DNA from: Octopus sinensis | Lineage: Eukaryota | NCBI RefSeq assembly: GCF_006345805.1 | Contig: NW_021832641.1 | Location: 1-30,134 of the forward strand | Direction of reading: 5' to 3' | DNA: 30,134 nucleotides | Shown here: piece after piece, positions 9,931 through 22,290 of the stretch | Position numbering within the stretch: the stretch's first letter is position 1 | Layout: each line of letters opens with the position of its first letter | Position numbers and translations under genes: made by a program | The notes under the pieces: model-generated | What the model saw: only the letters and a program-made list of their open reading frames with translations | Told to the model about the DNA's origin: nothing | Databases searched by the model: none

Positions 9931-10480
9931 TGAGTGAGAGAGCAGTTCATGCCATCAAAGTGACACTGGGGTAAAATATACGAAGCCCAGTATACCCATC
10001 ATGACTACCCGTCTGATAAAGGTACACCAGGCACATGCATCACAACCATATGTGCGCGACATGGTGATCTCATATCAAGATAAACAGCACATGACCTTGC
10101 AGGTGGAGCCCAGTTGGAATTTTATTCAGATCGAGTAACCCATCCCGCTCAAAGGTCCCTGAATAAGGGTTTTTAAGGACGTTGAACGAAACACCCCATG
10201 TTTCCAGAGGTGAATTATTCAAACCCCAAAGAATCCTTCTCAACACATAGCTATGATGCTCCCCCACTACTTCTGCTCGTGATCAGAGATGCACATATCG
10301 TCAGCCACTAAGGGACATGCTCAACTGGTTAAGGTCAAACAACTGACAAGCAAATCTGTGGCATTGAGCAGAATATTTGATGTAGCCCATCTTTTATACC
10401 AAGACAAAACAATGTACATGATAACACTTCCAATCAGTTAAGATCAGAAGCCATGAGAGCCACTGCCTGGTACGCATCAG
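9931..10480 (-). mobile_element. ~550 bp non-coding interspersed element, copy 1 (SINE-like, no tRNA head), in (ATT)n
   Basis: Reverse complement of 21478-22030 with about 24 differences (~95-96% identity by eye). Flanked on both sides by ATT repeats. Confidence 0.9.
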
Positions 10481-10585
<105 letters not shown>

Positions 10586-10599
10586 GTTATTATATTATT

Positions 10600-11122
10600 C
10601 TATGTTTGTTTTTTCCTTTATATTGTACAAGTTGGCTCCAAGTCTCACCCAGAGACCTCAAGAGACAACAGGTTGGAAGTTCGTGATGTTGTAATGCCTA
10701 GTGTGCCATATATTTGGTTTTGTATTTAGTGTTGTCAAAAAAAGAACAAAAAAAGCAAACGAAAATTATGTTTGTTTTAAAACTTGAGATTACATAGAAA
10801 GTATTTTGCGTAGGATATGAGCAGTTCCCATGAGCACTATCCTTTGAATTTCTGCTATTTTGGGGTTTCCTGGTATCTGAGTTAGGTAGCGATCAGCCCC
10901 TTTTGCTATCATTCCCAGAGCATCTATGACAACAGGTATTGTTTTAGTCTTCAGGTTCCACATTTTGATGATTTCTATTTCAAGATCTTTGTATTTGCTC
11001 AGCTTTTGGTAGATCTTGACAGATACGTTTATATCGATTGGGACATTGATCAGGCATGTTCTTTGTTTGAAGTCTTTCAATATGATGTCTGGCCTATTTG
11101 CATCTATCTTTCTGTCAGTTTG
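10600..11122 (-). mobile_element. 5'-truncated RLE-type non-LTR retrotransposon (R4/Dong-like), subfamily alpha, 3' end only
   Basis: ORF 10790-11080 encodes the RLE tail (..RPDI..KDFKQRTCLI.VP.D.NVSVK..QKLSKYKDLEIEI.KMWNLKT.TIPVVI.ALG). The 3'UTR is homologous to 16766-16950. ATT tracts lie on both sides. Confidence 0.92.
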
Positions 11123-11130
11123 TTAGTTTG

Positions 11131-11183
<53 letters not shown>

Positions 11184-11250
11184 TTTTTTTTTTTTTTATT
11201 TTATTATTATTATTATTATTATTTTATTATTATCATCATCATCATCATCA

Positions 11251-11294
<44 letters not shown>

Positions 11295-11355
11295 TCTTAT
11301 TATTATTATTATTATATTATCATCATCATTATTATTATTATTATTATTATTATTC

Positions 11356-11389
<34 letters not shown>

Positions 11390-11401
11390 TCATCATCATC
11401 A

Positions 11402-11442
<41 letters not shown>

Positions 11443-11443
11443 G

Positions 11444-12550
11444 TCATTACTTTTAATCTGCATGTTTGATGCAATCACCTGCCGGGGCACACCCAGCGCC
11501 CTAGGGCAGTGAAGGTTAAGAGTTGTTGAAATATAGCTGAAAGCTTGGGGAGGGGAAGTAGAGAAATATCTCCATGTAATACAACACAAACATTTACATT
11601 GATAGGGTTTTTTCTAAGGATGTGGGCAGTACCTGTTAGCACAATCTTTTGGATTTCCTTGAGACATGGTTCTCCAGGGATATTGTCTAGGTGTTTTCTG
11701 ACATCCCTTTTTTATCATACCTAGGGCACCTACAATAACAGGAACAGTTTTTGTTTTAAGATTCCACATCTTTTGTATTTCGATTTCCAGGTCCTTATAT
11801 TTACTAAGTTTGTCAAATTCATTTACAGATATATTGTTATCAGCGGGGACGCTTACCTCTATTAGTCTGCAGGTATTTTCTTCCCTGTCTTTAACAATTA
11901 TGTCTGGTCGATTATCCTTGATCGTTCTGTCAGTGTTGACTGGAAAATCCCAGAAGTTGGTGACATTTTTACTTTCAACAACTGGCTGAGGATGATGTTC
12001 ATAGCAGTTAGCAGGAGTGCCGAATTTGTAGTGTTAACATATCTTCCAATGTATATACTGTCCTACCCTATCGTGGCGATTTTTGTATTCGATTGGTGTC
12101 AGCACAGGACATCCCGAAACGAGATGGTCTATTGTTTCGACGAATGTGTCGCAGAATCTGCATTTAGGGTCAGTACCGTTTCGGAGAACGCTAGCTTGGT
12201 AATTTCTGGTAAACAAGCTTTGATCTTGTGCTGCAGGTATGAAGCCTTCAGTCTCTGCTTTCAATCCTGAACTCTTCAGCCACTGATGGGTTGGTGCTTG
12301 GTCTACATCAGCATTTTGGCTTCGGAGAATATATTGTCCATGCAGGGGCTTCTGGCTCCACCGCCTCTCAAATTGATTCTGCCCGTTCTTTTTTGCAGTC
12401 TGCTTGATTCGCTTTGCTTGCTTGGTAGCAGTGGTTTCCGGCTCTTCATCTGATTCAAAGTTAATGTCTAGTTCCCTTTCGAACTTATAAGCTTCCTTGA
12501 CAATAGAATTCAGCTTTTTGCTGCTTTCGTGTTCACACAAGTCGCAGCAT
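11444..12550 (-). mobile_element. 5'-truncated RLE-type non-LTR retrotransposon (R4/Dong-like), subfamily beta
   Basis: ORF 12034-12540 has KPLHGQY, QWL.SSGLKAETEGF..AAQDQ, the CCHC knuckle CRFC..ETIDHLVSGC and RHDRV. RLE (PDIIVKD...LIEVSVP) follows, and the 3'UTR is distinct from alpha. ATT tracts lie on both sides. Confidence 0.93.
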
Positions 12551-12563
12551 ATTATTATTATTA

Positions 12564-12623
<60 letters not shown>

Positions 12624-12663
12624 CATTATTATTGTCATTATCATTATTATTATTATTATTATT

Positions 12664-15600
12664 CAGTAGTTTTATTTTTATAGCGTGCTTTCACTTCACT
12701 ACCGAGCGCAGCTCTGTGTGCCTTGGGTATGTGCTGTGATTTGTTGTGATGCTCTGATGTTATTGTATGGAAAGTGTTCTGCGTAGGATGTGTGCAGTGC
12801 CTAGTAGTGCAATTTTCTGTATGTTATATGTGTTTGTAAGTCCTGGTGTTTTTGTTATGTATTTGTCTGAATATTTTTTTATCATGCCTAATGCACCTAC
12901 TATGATAGGAATTGTTTCTGTTTTCAGTTCCACATTCTAGTTACCTCTATTTCCAGGTCTTTGTATTTTGAGAGTTTCTCCTTTCTTTTAGAGACAACGT
13001 TGTCATCTGCCGGTATTGATACATCAATTAGAAAGCATTTTTTTTCTTCATGATCTCTGACAACTATATCTGGTCTGTTGGCCTTAATTTCTCTATCTGT
13101 GTGTATCGGCATATCCCAGAGTATGGTTGCTTTCTCGTCTCTGTGACCTTTTCTGGTGTGTGCCTATACCATCTTTTTTCTGTTGTTATTCCATAATGTT
13201 GGCATAGCTTCCAATGTATGTAGGTTCCAACTCTGTCATGTCTGTGAATATATTCCTTCTTAGCCAGGACTGGGCAGCTAGAGATAATATGATTTATTGT
13301 TTCTTGTCCATCTCCACATATTCTGCAGTTACTTGTAATATTTCTTCTCATTACATGTTTTTGGTAATTTCTGGTGGGGAGGCTTTGGTCTTGTGCTGCA
13401 ATTAAAAATCCCTCTGTTTCTGCTTTGAGTCCTGAGCTTCTCAACCATTGCTGGGATTTTTCTTTGTCTATTTATTTTGCGTTTAGTTTAGTGCAGTATT
13501 TACCATGAAGGGGCTTTTCTTGCCATCGTTTTATCATGCTCGTTGCTGTTCTATTTTTAGTTTGGATTCATTTGTTTTATAGCTTTTGTTGTTTCTTCAT
13601 CATTTCTTCTTCTTCTTTGTGTTTATTAGGTGGTATGATTTCTTGTTTGTATTTGTCAGCTTCCTTAAATACTGAGAACAGTTTTTGTTTTGCTCGTGTT
13701 TTGCTGCTATCTGGATCAGTTTTCCTTCCTTCTGAAGTAGGTATTTTTGCAGTCCTATGGTGGTTATTTTATAGTAGTTTTCCAGCTGTATAAGGCCTCT
13801 ACCACCTTCTATACGTTGTATATATAGTCTTTCTATGTCAGATTTTGGGTGATGCATCCTAGATCCTGTCATTATTTTTCTTGTTTTCCTATCTATTTTG
13901 GACAGTTCATTTCGTGTCCAGTTAAGGATATTGTAGCTGTAACTTATAACTGGGACAGCTAAAGTGTTGATACCTATTATCTTGTTTTTTAGCATTGAGC
14001 TCTGTTTTTAGTATTGATCTAACTCGTCTATAATATTCTTTTTTATTTTCTCTTTCATTTGTGTGTGTTGTGTGTCTTATCTAGTTCATGGATTCCTAAG
14101 TATTTGTAAGTTTGGCTTTGGTCTAATTCTTTTATTTCATTGGTTTTATCTAGTGTGATGTTGTTACTCTTAACTAGTTTTCCTCTTTTCATGGTTACTT
14201 TGGCGCATTTTTCTAATCCAATTTCATATCTATTTCTTTGGTAAATCCATGAACTGTCTTTAATAGTGTTTCCAGCTGTTTGTCATTTGCAGCGTATAGT
14301 TTTAGGTCATCCATATATAAAAGGTGGCTGATCGTTTTGCCGTAACATTTATATCCGCATCCAGTTCTATTTAGCATATCAGATAGAGGTGACAGTGCCA
14401 AGCAGAAAAGGAGTGGAGAGAGCGTGTCTCCCTGGAATATTCCTCTTCTAATGGGGATGTCTTTGGTTTTCATGAGTCCCTCTTTTGTTTGGAGGTGTAG
14501 GACTGTTTGCCATTTATTCATAGAGTGCTCTATGAATTTTATGATTGTTGTGCTGCTACTTTGTTAATGGCTAGTGTTTCGAGGATCCATGTGTGGGGGA
14601 TGCTATCAAACGCCTTTTTGTAGTCAATCCAGGCCATACTGAGGCCTTTCTTCTTTCTGTGGCTGTCTTCAGTTACGGCTTTATTAATCATTAGTTGGTC
14701 TTTACAGCCATATGAGCCTTGCGGCATCCTTTCTGCTCTTCTGGGAACAGTTTGTTTTCGTCCAGGTGCTTGTTCAGCCTTTGCGATATCACTGCAGTAA
14801 ATGCCTTGAACATAGTAGGGAGGCAGGTTATTGGTCTGTAGTTTTCTGGTTTTGTTGTTTCATTTGATTTGGGAATTAAGATGGTTTTCCCCTTCGTGAG
14901 CCATTCAGGCATTATCTCTGGCTCTGCTATTATGCTGTTAAAGTTTTCAGCCAGCTTTTTGTGCATTCCTGTTAGATATTTCAACCAGAAGTTGGGGATC
15001 TTGTCATGCCCAGGTGCCTTCCAGTTGCTTAGTTTTTGCAGTGCCTGGGTGACCTCTTCAGTTGTTATGGGGGTCCAAATTTGTTCAGATGCCGAGTTTT
15101 GTTATTTTCATACTCCTTTTTTTTGGCTGTTCGTTCGCCGACCATATTTCTTTCCAGAATTCTTCCAATACTTCTGCCGTTGGTGCTGCAGTGACTTCTA
15201 TTTTATTTTTTCCCCAGTTCTTGGTAGAACTTTTTTGGGTCGGAGTTGAACTTATTGTTCTGTTCAAAGAAGCGTTGGCGTTTCTCGTACCGGCGGATCC
15301 TTTGAGCTTTGGCAAGGATATCTTGCTTCAGCTTTTCTTTTATCTCCGGCAAATCTTTTTCCGTGATGTTATATTTGCGGAGCATTTTTGTTCTCTTTTT
15401 GTTGCTCAGTAGCGTTGCTTGTTTGCTGATTTCATTAAGAATCGACAGGTCTTTTCTAATTTTTTAAATTTTGTTTTGGATGTTATTTATCCACAGGGTT
15501 TGTTTGGGTGGTGGTACTCCTGTTTGGGCGGGTTTGGGTGAGTATCCAGCTTCTTTTGTGGCTGCAGTGGCTGCTGCGTATATCAAGTCATTTAGTTCAG

Positions 15601-16621
15601 TGATATCACTTTTTTTTGTTTCAGTGGCTAGTTCAGTGACGGCTAGGTTTATGTTGTTTATAATTGGTGTTGTTATTGCGTTTATTTTTATTCTTGGGAG
15701 GTATGGTCGGTGGTCCATTTTGAGCTCTGTGGTTTTTAGTTCTTTGATTATTTTATTTTTTATATTATCATAATCATTAGGCTCCCCTTCGTTGTTTACA
15801 TCGTGTTTGTTGGGAATGTTGCGTTTGTCTTCGTGTTTTACAGTTTCAGTGTTTATATTATTGGGCATTGTTGTGTGGCTTCTATCTACATTTTCCTGAT
15901 GTATTTTTTCTTTTAATGTTCTATTTCTATTTCTGATATTTTTTTGGCTTTGAGAATGTATCTTCGTACGTTAGCTAATTTATTAGGGTTCATTGCTGTA
16001 TCCAAGTCTATACCTCTATTATTTTCCTTCCATATTTTATATGTATGTGTTGTTGTATTTTCATTTTGTGGGTAGAGCATTGCTGTGAAGTATGCGTGTA
16101 AGATAGAATGTATTCCTCACGTGTCCATTTACGTCTTTTGGGTTTTATTTGCGGGACATGAGGTACAACGTCCGGCCCATTATTTTGACGGTCGTCATTT
16201 TCGTAGGGTACCGGTCCGTTTATTTCTGTTGTCACATTATTTCGCACGTGTATTTTTTCGTACATTTTTTGTTGTAAGTTTAATGTACGTACCGCTCGAT
16301 TGTTATTCTTGGGTTGAATAGTATCGGTGGCATTTAATTTCTTCGTAGTTCCTTTGTACATGGTGTTTGAGGTCGGGGATGATCGTGTTGTTCCACGCAT
16401 GTTTACATGTGTTGTGTTAGAGGTGGAGATAATATCGAGTCAAAATACATCATTTCGTTTCGAAAATAGTAATAAATTTCAATTCGTATTACTTACTCGG
16501 ATATAGTCCAATTCTTTGTTAGTAAATCTTTGGCTCCATAGGTTGTCCTTGTTTTCGATGTTTCTGGATAGATTTCGGAGCTCTGTATTTTCCTTCTTAC
16601 ATCTTAAACGTCCCCGGTGTC

Positions 16622-16622
<1 letters not shown>
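12664..16622 (-). mobile_element. Near-full-length (~3.96 kb) RLE-type non-LTR retrotransposon (R4/Dong-like), subfamily gamma
   Basis: A continuous single-ORF architecture in pieces, bounded on both ends by (ATT)n. No APE domain is present. Confidence 0.95.
12760..16400 (-). pseudogene. Interrupted RT-RLE polyprotein of gamma copy
   Basis: Motifs in order: N-terminal RRKWTREEY; NYRPITCLPT; WIDYKKAFDSIPH; RRGIFQGDTLSPLLFCLAL; HLLYMDDLKLYA; LYI.R.EGGRGL; CRICG..ETINHIISSC; NRPDIVV..LIDVSIP. Several frameshifts and at least one nonsense codon (15464-15466). Confidence 0.93.
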
Positions 16623-16696
<74 letters not shown>

Positions 16697-16765
16697 GTTG
16701 TTGTTGTTGTTAATATTATTATTATTATTATTACTATTATTATTATTACTATTATTATTATTATT

Positions 16766-19700
16766 CTATGTTTGACTTTTGATTTACATTTGCACAAGCT
16801 GGCTCCAAATCTCACCCAGAGACCTCAAGAGACAACAAATTGCAAGTTCATGTTGTGTTATGCCTAGGGTGCCATATTTTGGTTTTGTACTTAGTGTTGT
16901 ACTAGTGAATGCCTAAAAAACCATGCGAAAATTAGTTTTATTTTAAAACTTGAGATTACAAGAAAAGTTTTGCGTAGGATATGAGCAGTCCCATGAGCAC
17001 TATCTTTTGAATTTCTGCCATTTGGGGTTTCCTGGTATCTGAGTTAGGTAGCAATCAGCCCCTTTTGCTATCATTCCCAGGGAACCTATGACAATAGGTA
17101 TTGTTTTAGTCTTCAGGTTCCACATTTTGATGATTTCTATTTCAAGATCTTTATATTTGCTCAGTTTTTGGTAGGTCTTGACAGATACGTTTATATCGAT
17201 TGGGACAGTCATATCAATGAGGAGGCATGTTTTTTGTCTGAAGTCTTTTACTATGATGTCTGGCCTATTCGCGTCTATCTTTGTCAGTTTGAATGGTGAA
17301 GTTCCAGAGGAGTGAGATGTGGTCATTTTCAAGCATTGGAGGTGGTTTGTGTTCCCACCAGTTTTTGTCATGGGGCAAGTCCAGGCTTTTGCAAATTACC
17401 CGGTGAATATATTGTGCAGCTCTATCATGCCTGTAGGCGCTAGAAGACTGCACTTGGAGACAACATGATCAATGGTTTTGATTTTGTTGTTGACATACAC
17501 GACATGTTGGGCTACTGCCGTTCTTTAATATGTTGGCCTGGTAGTTCCTTGTAGGTAGGCATTCATCCTGAGCTGCTATGATAAACTTTTCTGTTTCAGA
17601 TTTTAAGCCAGGGGCCATTAGCCATTGATGGGTCAGGGCTTTGTCAACATCTGCATTGTTCACTCTCTTTGCGTATTTGCCATTGACAGGTTTTTCTTGC
17701 CATTTATCATTCAGAATATCTAAAGCAGCAGATTTAGCACGGATTTTCATGCGCTTAGCTTTTTCTGTGCTAGTTTCATGTGTGTCTAATTCCGGAATTT
17801 GTTGTATTCGGAATTCACTTAGATTTTCCTTTGCCTGTTTTGTTACTGAGTATGATGCTTTCTTGTTTTCATGTTTTGAGACAAGTTTTAACATCCAGTC
17901 CTCAGAGGGTTTCAGGTAGGTGTCTAGGCCAATTGTAGCAACCTTCATTGTTATTGTCAGTTCTAAAAGCCCACAGCCTCCCTCTTTTCTTGGTAGATAA
18001 AGTCGATCTATATCTGCATTAAGGTGGTGCATTCTATGCATTGTCAACAGTTTTCGTATTTTTCTGTCAAGATTACATGTTTCAGTAATTGACCAGTTAA
18101 CGATATTGTAACTGTAAGTCGCGACTGGTATGGCTAAAGCATTGATCGCTTCGATCCTGTTTCTTGCATTCAGCTCTGTCTTGAGTATTGCTCTAACTCT
18201 GCGATAACATTCTTTCCTTTCCTTCATCACTGAATGCCTTATTTCGTCCCCTTCAATTACCCCTAGGTACTTGTCGCTTTCCACTGGGTCTAACTCTTTT
18301 ATGACATTCTGCTGGTCGAGGTAAACATTAGATGTTTCTGTCATTTTTCCTTTGATAAAAGTAGCTTTTGCACATTTATCAATGCCAAATTGCATTCTGA
18401 TATCATCGCTGAATTGTTTAACAAACGTTAGTAAGCCCTTGAGTTATTGGTAATTTTTTGCCAAGAGCTTTAAATCATCCATGTAAATGAGATGATTTAT
18501 ATTTTTATCAAACTTTTTATATCTGTACTGTGCGTCATTCAGCAATTTTGAGAGAGGTATTAAGGCTAAACAAAAGAGGAGTGGTGATAGTGAGTCGCCC
18601 TAGAAAATGCCACATGAAATTTTTACATCACCAGCATTTAGAGATTAATCGTCACTGTTCAAAGTTAGTGTGGTTCTCCATGATCTCATACTTACAGACA
18701 AAAGTTTCGCAGAGTAGGCGCTATATTGTACATTTCTAGGCATTTCTTTATCCAGCTATGTGGTAGGTTATCACAATAGTCTATCCAGGCTATTGACAAG
18801 TTTTGTGTCGTTTGTGACAATCTTCTAAGATCATCTTATTGATGAGTAGCTGATCTTTACAACCATAGGATCCACGTTTACATCCTTTCTGTTCATTAGG
18901 GAATATGCTGCTGTCTGTTAAAAAAACTATAGGTATATTCCGTCAGGACAGATGTTAGCGTTTTATACATAGTTGTTAAGCAGGTTATGGGTCTATAGTT
19001 TTTTGGTTCATTTTTTTCTTCACTTTTTGGAAGCAGGAATATTAACCCATTAACTAGCCAAGGAGGCATCCTACTAGGATGTTGCAAAACATCATTGTAA
19101 AGTTCTGTTAGCAGTTCATGGCTCTCTGGGAAGGCATTCAGCGAGAAGTTAGGAATTTTATCCTTTCCTGGAGACTTCTATTTGCTTGACCTCCTGAGAG
19201 CAGATCTTATATCTTCTACCTTGACACCCTCCCACTTTTGCTCCTCAAAGGAGTACAAGTCCGTAGCTATTCTATCAATTCTATCAATTCGTTGTGTGTT
19301 TTTTCTTTTGCCCAAATTTTATTCCAAAATCCATGCACCTCTTCTGTTGATGGTACAGACTTTACAGTAACTGCTGTTTTCCTTATCTTCCTGTAAAAAT
19401 TTTGGGGGTTATTTTTGAACATGTTGACCTTGAAGAATCTAACACGCTTTTCATACCTCGCTATGCGGGCAGCTTTAGCAGATACCTTTCGTTTGATGGT
19501 TTGTATAGTGGCATCAATATCAAGTATAATTTTCATATGATATTTTTTCTTTAATTTTGGGGTTTTTGTAGGCTTGGTAGTCTTGTCAACCTTAAGGTTT
19601 TTCAAACATCCAATGTCAGACCTAAGTAGTTTAATTTGATGTTGGATACGCTCTTGCCAAGAAGGCTTTTTGTGGGAATGTTGCCGTTTTCTAATCTTTA

Positions 19701-20790
19701 CACCACATAGGATCGTTGAGATTTTCGCGGATGCATAGTACATGTCGTTGAGATCTGTGATATTAACATCATTAGCTGAAATTATATCCTTAAGTGCAAG
19801 GCTGATTTTACCAATTATTTTCATGTTTTAGTTAGAGTTGCGGATTTTAGGGAGTGTATCACGTTCATCCATGCTGGTTTCTTTAATTGTCAGTCATTCA
19901 ATCATGATTTGATTCTTTAATTCACGTAGTTCAGTTGGGTCAATATTTGTGTGACTTTCTTCTTCTATTTGATGTTCATCTGTCCTAGTGTTTGTGATTG
20001 GTTCAGTGAGTATTTTACTTTGCCTATCACTTATACTGACTTTCAATCCTTACTGCGTTTTCATCAGCCCAGGGCTGGTCTATAATTATTTCCTCTGTAT
20101 TATCTTCTTTAACTGCGGCTTCGTTGTTTTTATCCGTTACTGTTAGTAATGTCTTTAATAATGTTTCTTCTGACGTCGGCAAGTTTGTTACTATCTATGT
20201 AGGGTCTCACTTCAGGGTGTTTCTGTCTCCAGTTTATGTAGGTTTGTATAGTGTTAGATTTATCTGTGGGAAAATATATGGTATGGTAGAAGGCCGTAAG
20301 AACTTCCTTATTATCTTCCCTAGACCACCTTTCATTTTTTTCTCTTGGTTATTTGATGACGGTCATGGACGGCCATCTGTTGGGATATTCCGGTTATGGG
20401 GTATGCCCAGCTCCTGAGTGTCGGCAAGATTTGAACCAGTGGCTGATTTTTCAGTCAGAATTTGCTTCAATGTTCGGTTTTGTGGTATTTTGTAAACCGA
20501 TCGATGACCATTGCGGTTTCTAATTTGTTTTGTTGACATTGAGACATGACGAGCTTCGGCTCTTATATAAGGAGTAGGATCTGTCAGTATAGGGTTAAGT
20601 TTTAGCGACAACGCCACCGCCTCTGAATGTAAACATCACTCGTAGCGAAATTTCTTAAGGCTAGCAGATATGTATTCGTCTGTATTTTTTTTGTTCATAA
20701 ATTTACCTTCGGACATAGTTTTTTTGTGTTTTTTGCCCTTATGAAATGTTCACTCTGTGTTAGTTCGAAAAAATGAGAATAACTGCTAAC
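16766..20790 (-). mobile_element. Near-full-length (~4.0 kb) RLE-type non-LTR retrotransposon (R4/Dong-like), subfamily alpha
   Basis: The 3' end is homologous to 10600-11122. It has a full domain series and is bounded by ATT/GTT tracts. Confidence 0.94.
16956..20617 (-). pseudogene. Decayed RT-RLE polyprotein of alpha copy
   Basis: Motifs: RWSREDNKEVLTAFY..W...LADVRRNI (~20150-20340); NYRPITCLTTMYK; GIF*GDSLSPLLFCLAL; HLIYMDDLKLL; LYLPRKEGGCGL; CRVC; NRPDIIVKD..LIDMTVP. It has in-frame stops, frameshifts and a small deletion in the KKAFD motif. Confidence 0.92.
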
Positions 20791-20807
20791 TGTTGTTGTT
20801 ATTGCTA

Positions 20808-20872
<65 letters not shown>

Positions 20873-20882
20873 GTTGTTGTTG

Positions 20883-20935
<53 letters not shown>

Positions 20936-20939
<4 letters not shown>

Positions 20940-21028
20940 TCACTGCCTGGAATCGAACTCGGAATTTTGGGGTTAAGAGCGCGGGCTACTAAACCCAGGA
21001 TTCCGAGTTTAATCCAGGCAGTGACCTG
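20936..21028. mobile_element. Head-to-head fusion of two 5'-truncated tRNA-derived mini-SINEs forming a 93 bp hairpin
   Basis: caggtcactgcctggaatcgaactcggaattttgggg is mirrored by cccaggattccgagtttaatccaggcagtgacctg. A B-box GAGTTCGATTCC lies on the - strand and an anticodon-arm-like gcggg-ctactaa on the + strand. (ATT)n is to the left and (AAT)n to the right. Confidence 0.8.
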
Positions 21029-21374
21029 AATAATAATAATAACAACAACAGCAACAGCAACAAAAAAAACAAGAACAACAACAACAAAAGCAACTACAAC
21101 AAAACCAACAACAACAAAACAAAAACATCAACAATAAGAGCAACAAAAACAAAATCAAAAACAACAAAAACATAAAACAACAACAACAACAGCAACAGCA
21201 AAAACATCAACAACAAAAACAACAACAGCAACAAAAAAACAACAACAAAAACAAAAAACAACAACAGCAACAGCAAAAACAACAACAGCAACAACAAAAA
21301 CAACAACAACAAAAACAAAAAACAACAAAAACAACAACAACAACAACAACAAGAAAAACAAGAAAAAAATAGTT

Positions 21375-21422
<48 letters not shown>

Positions 21423-21428
21423 ATAGTA

Positions 21429-21475
<47 letters not shown>
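21029..21475. repeat. Compound microsatellite (AAT)(AAC/AGC with A-runs)(AGT)(AAT)
   Basis: Directly visible. Confidence 0.95.
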
Positions 21476-21476
<1 letters not shown>

Positions 21477-21477
21477 G

Positions 21478-22030
21478 CCCTGATGCAGTACCAGGCAGTG
21501 GCTCTCATGGCTTCTGATCTTAACTGATTGGAAGTGTTATCATGTACATTGTTTTGTCTTGGTATAAAAGATGGGCTACAGCAAATATTCTGCTCAATAC
21601 CACAGATTTGCTTGTCAGTTGTTTGACCGTAACCAGTTGAGCATGTCCCTTAGTGACTGACGATATGTGCATCTCTGATCACGAGCAGAAGTAGTGGGGG
21701 AGCATCATAGCCATGTGTTGAAAGGGATTCTTTGGGGTTTGAATAATTCACCTCTGGAAACATGGGTGGTTCTTTCAACATCCTTAAAAAACCCTTATTC
21801 AGGGACCTTTTGAGCGGGATGGGCTACTCAACCTGAAGAAAATTCTAACTGGGCCCCACCTGCAAGGTCATGCGCTGTTTATCTTGATATGAGATCACCA
21901 TGTCGCGCACATATGGTTGTGATGCATGTGCCTGGTGTACCCTTATCAGACGGGTAGTCATGATGGGTATATTGGGCTTCGTATATTTTACCCCAGTGTC
22001 ACTTTGATGGCATGAACTGCTCTCTCACTC
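21478..22030 (+). mobile_element. ~550 bp non-coding interspersed element, copy 2, in (AAT)n
   Basis: Inverted homologue of 9931-10480 with nearly the same 5' and 3' boundaries. It ends ...ctctctcactc(AAT)n. Confidence 0.9.
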
Positions 22031-22043
22031 AATAATAATAATA

Positions 22044-22084
<41 letters not shown>

Positions 22085-22097
22085 AATAATAATCGTG

Positions 22098-22290
22098 TTT
22101 TTAAATTTTGGCACAAGGCCAGAAATTTCGGGGGAGGAATTAGTCAATTATAACGACTCCAGTGTTCAAATGGTTCTTATTTTATTGACTCCGAAATGAT
22201 GAAAGACAAAGTCACCCATGGCGGAATTTGAACTCAGAACATAAAAGAGGACAAAATGTCGCTAACCATTTCGCTCGGCGTGCTAATGAT
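22098..22290 (-). mobile_element. tRNA-derived SINE (second family)
   Basis: The - strand carries a B-box-like gagttcaaattcc (22223-22235) in a tRNA-like head, followed by a body containing aataag..cca..tgaacactggagtcg. Confidence 0.75.

Noticed and set aside
9700-9974. Poly-L/F/R/Y/I ORFs here and at similar trinucleotide tracts (10453, 11006, 20773, 21094, 22933, 27096)
   Set aside because: Microsatellite artefacts.
16480-16510. GTAAGT donor-like site in the gamma 5'UTR (similar GTAAAT near 20705 in alpha)
   Set aside because: An intron would be lost on retrotransposition, and such hexamers are frequent in AT-rich DNA.
16441-16622. Looked for an HDV-like ribozyme at the 5' ends of the two long retrotransposons
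   Set aside because: I could not fit the nested double pseudoknot by eye. A descriptor search is needed.
20971-21015. Possible tRNA gene
   Set aside because: It has no acceptor stem or complete D arm and is part of a truncated SINE.
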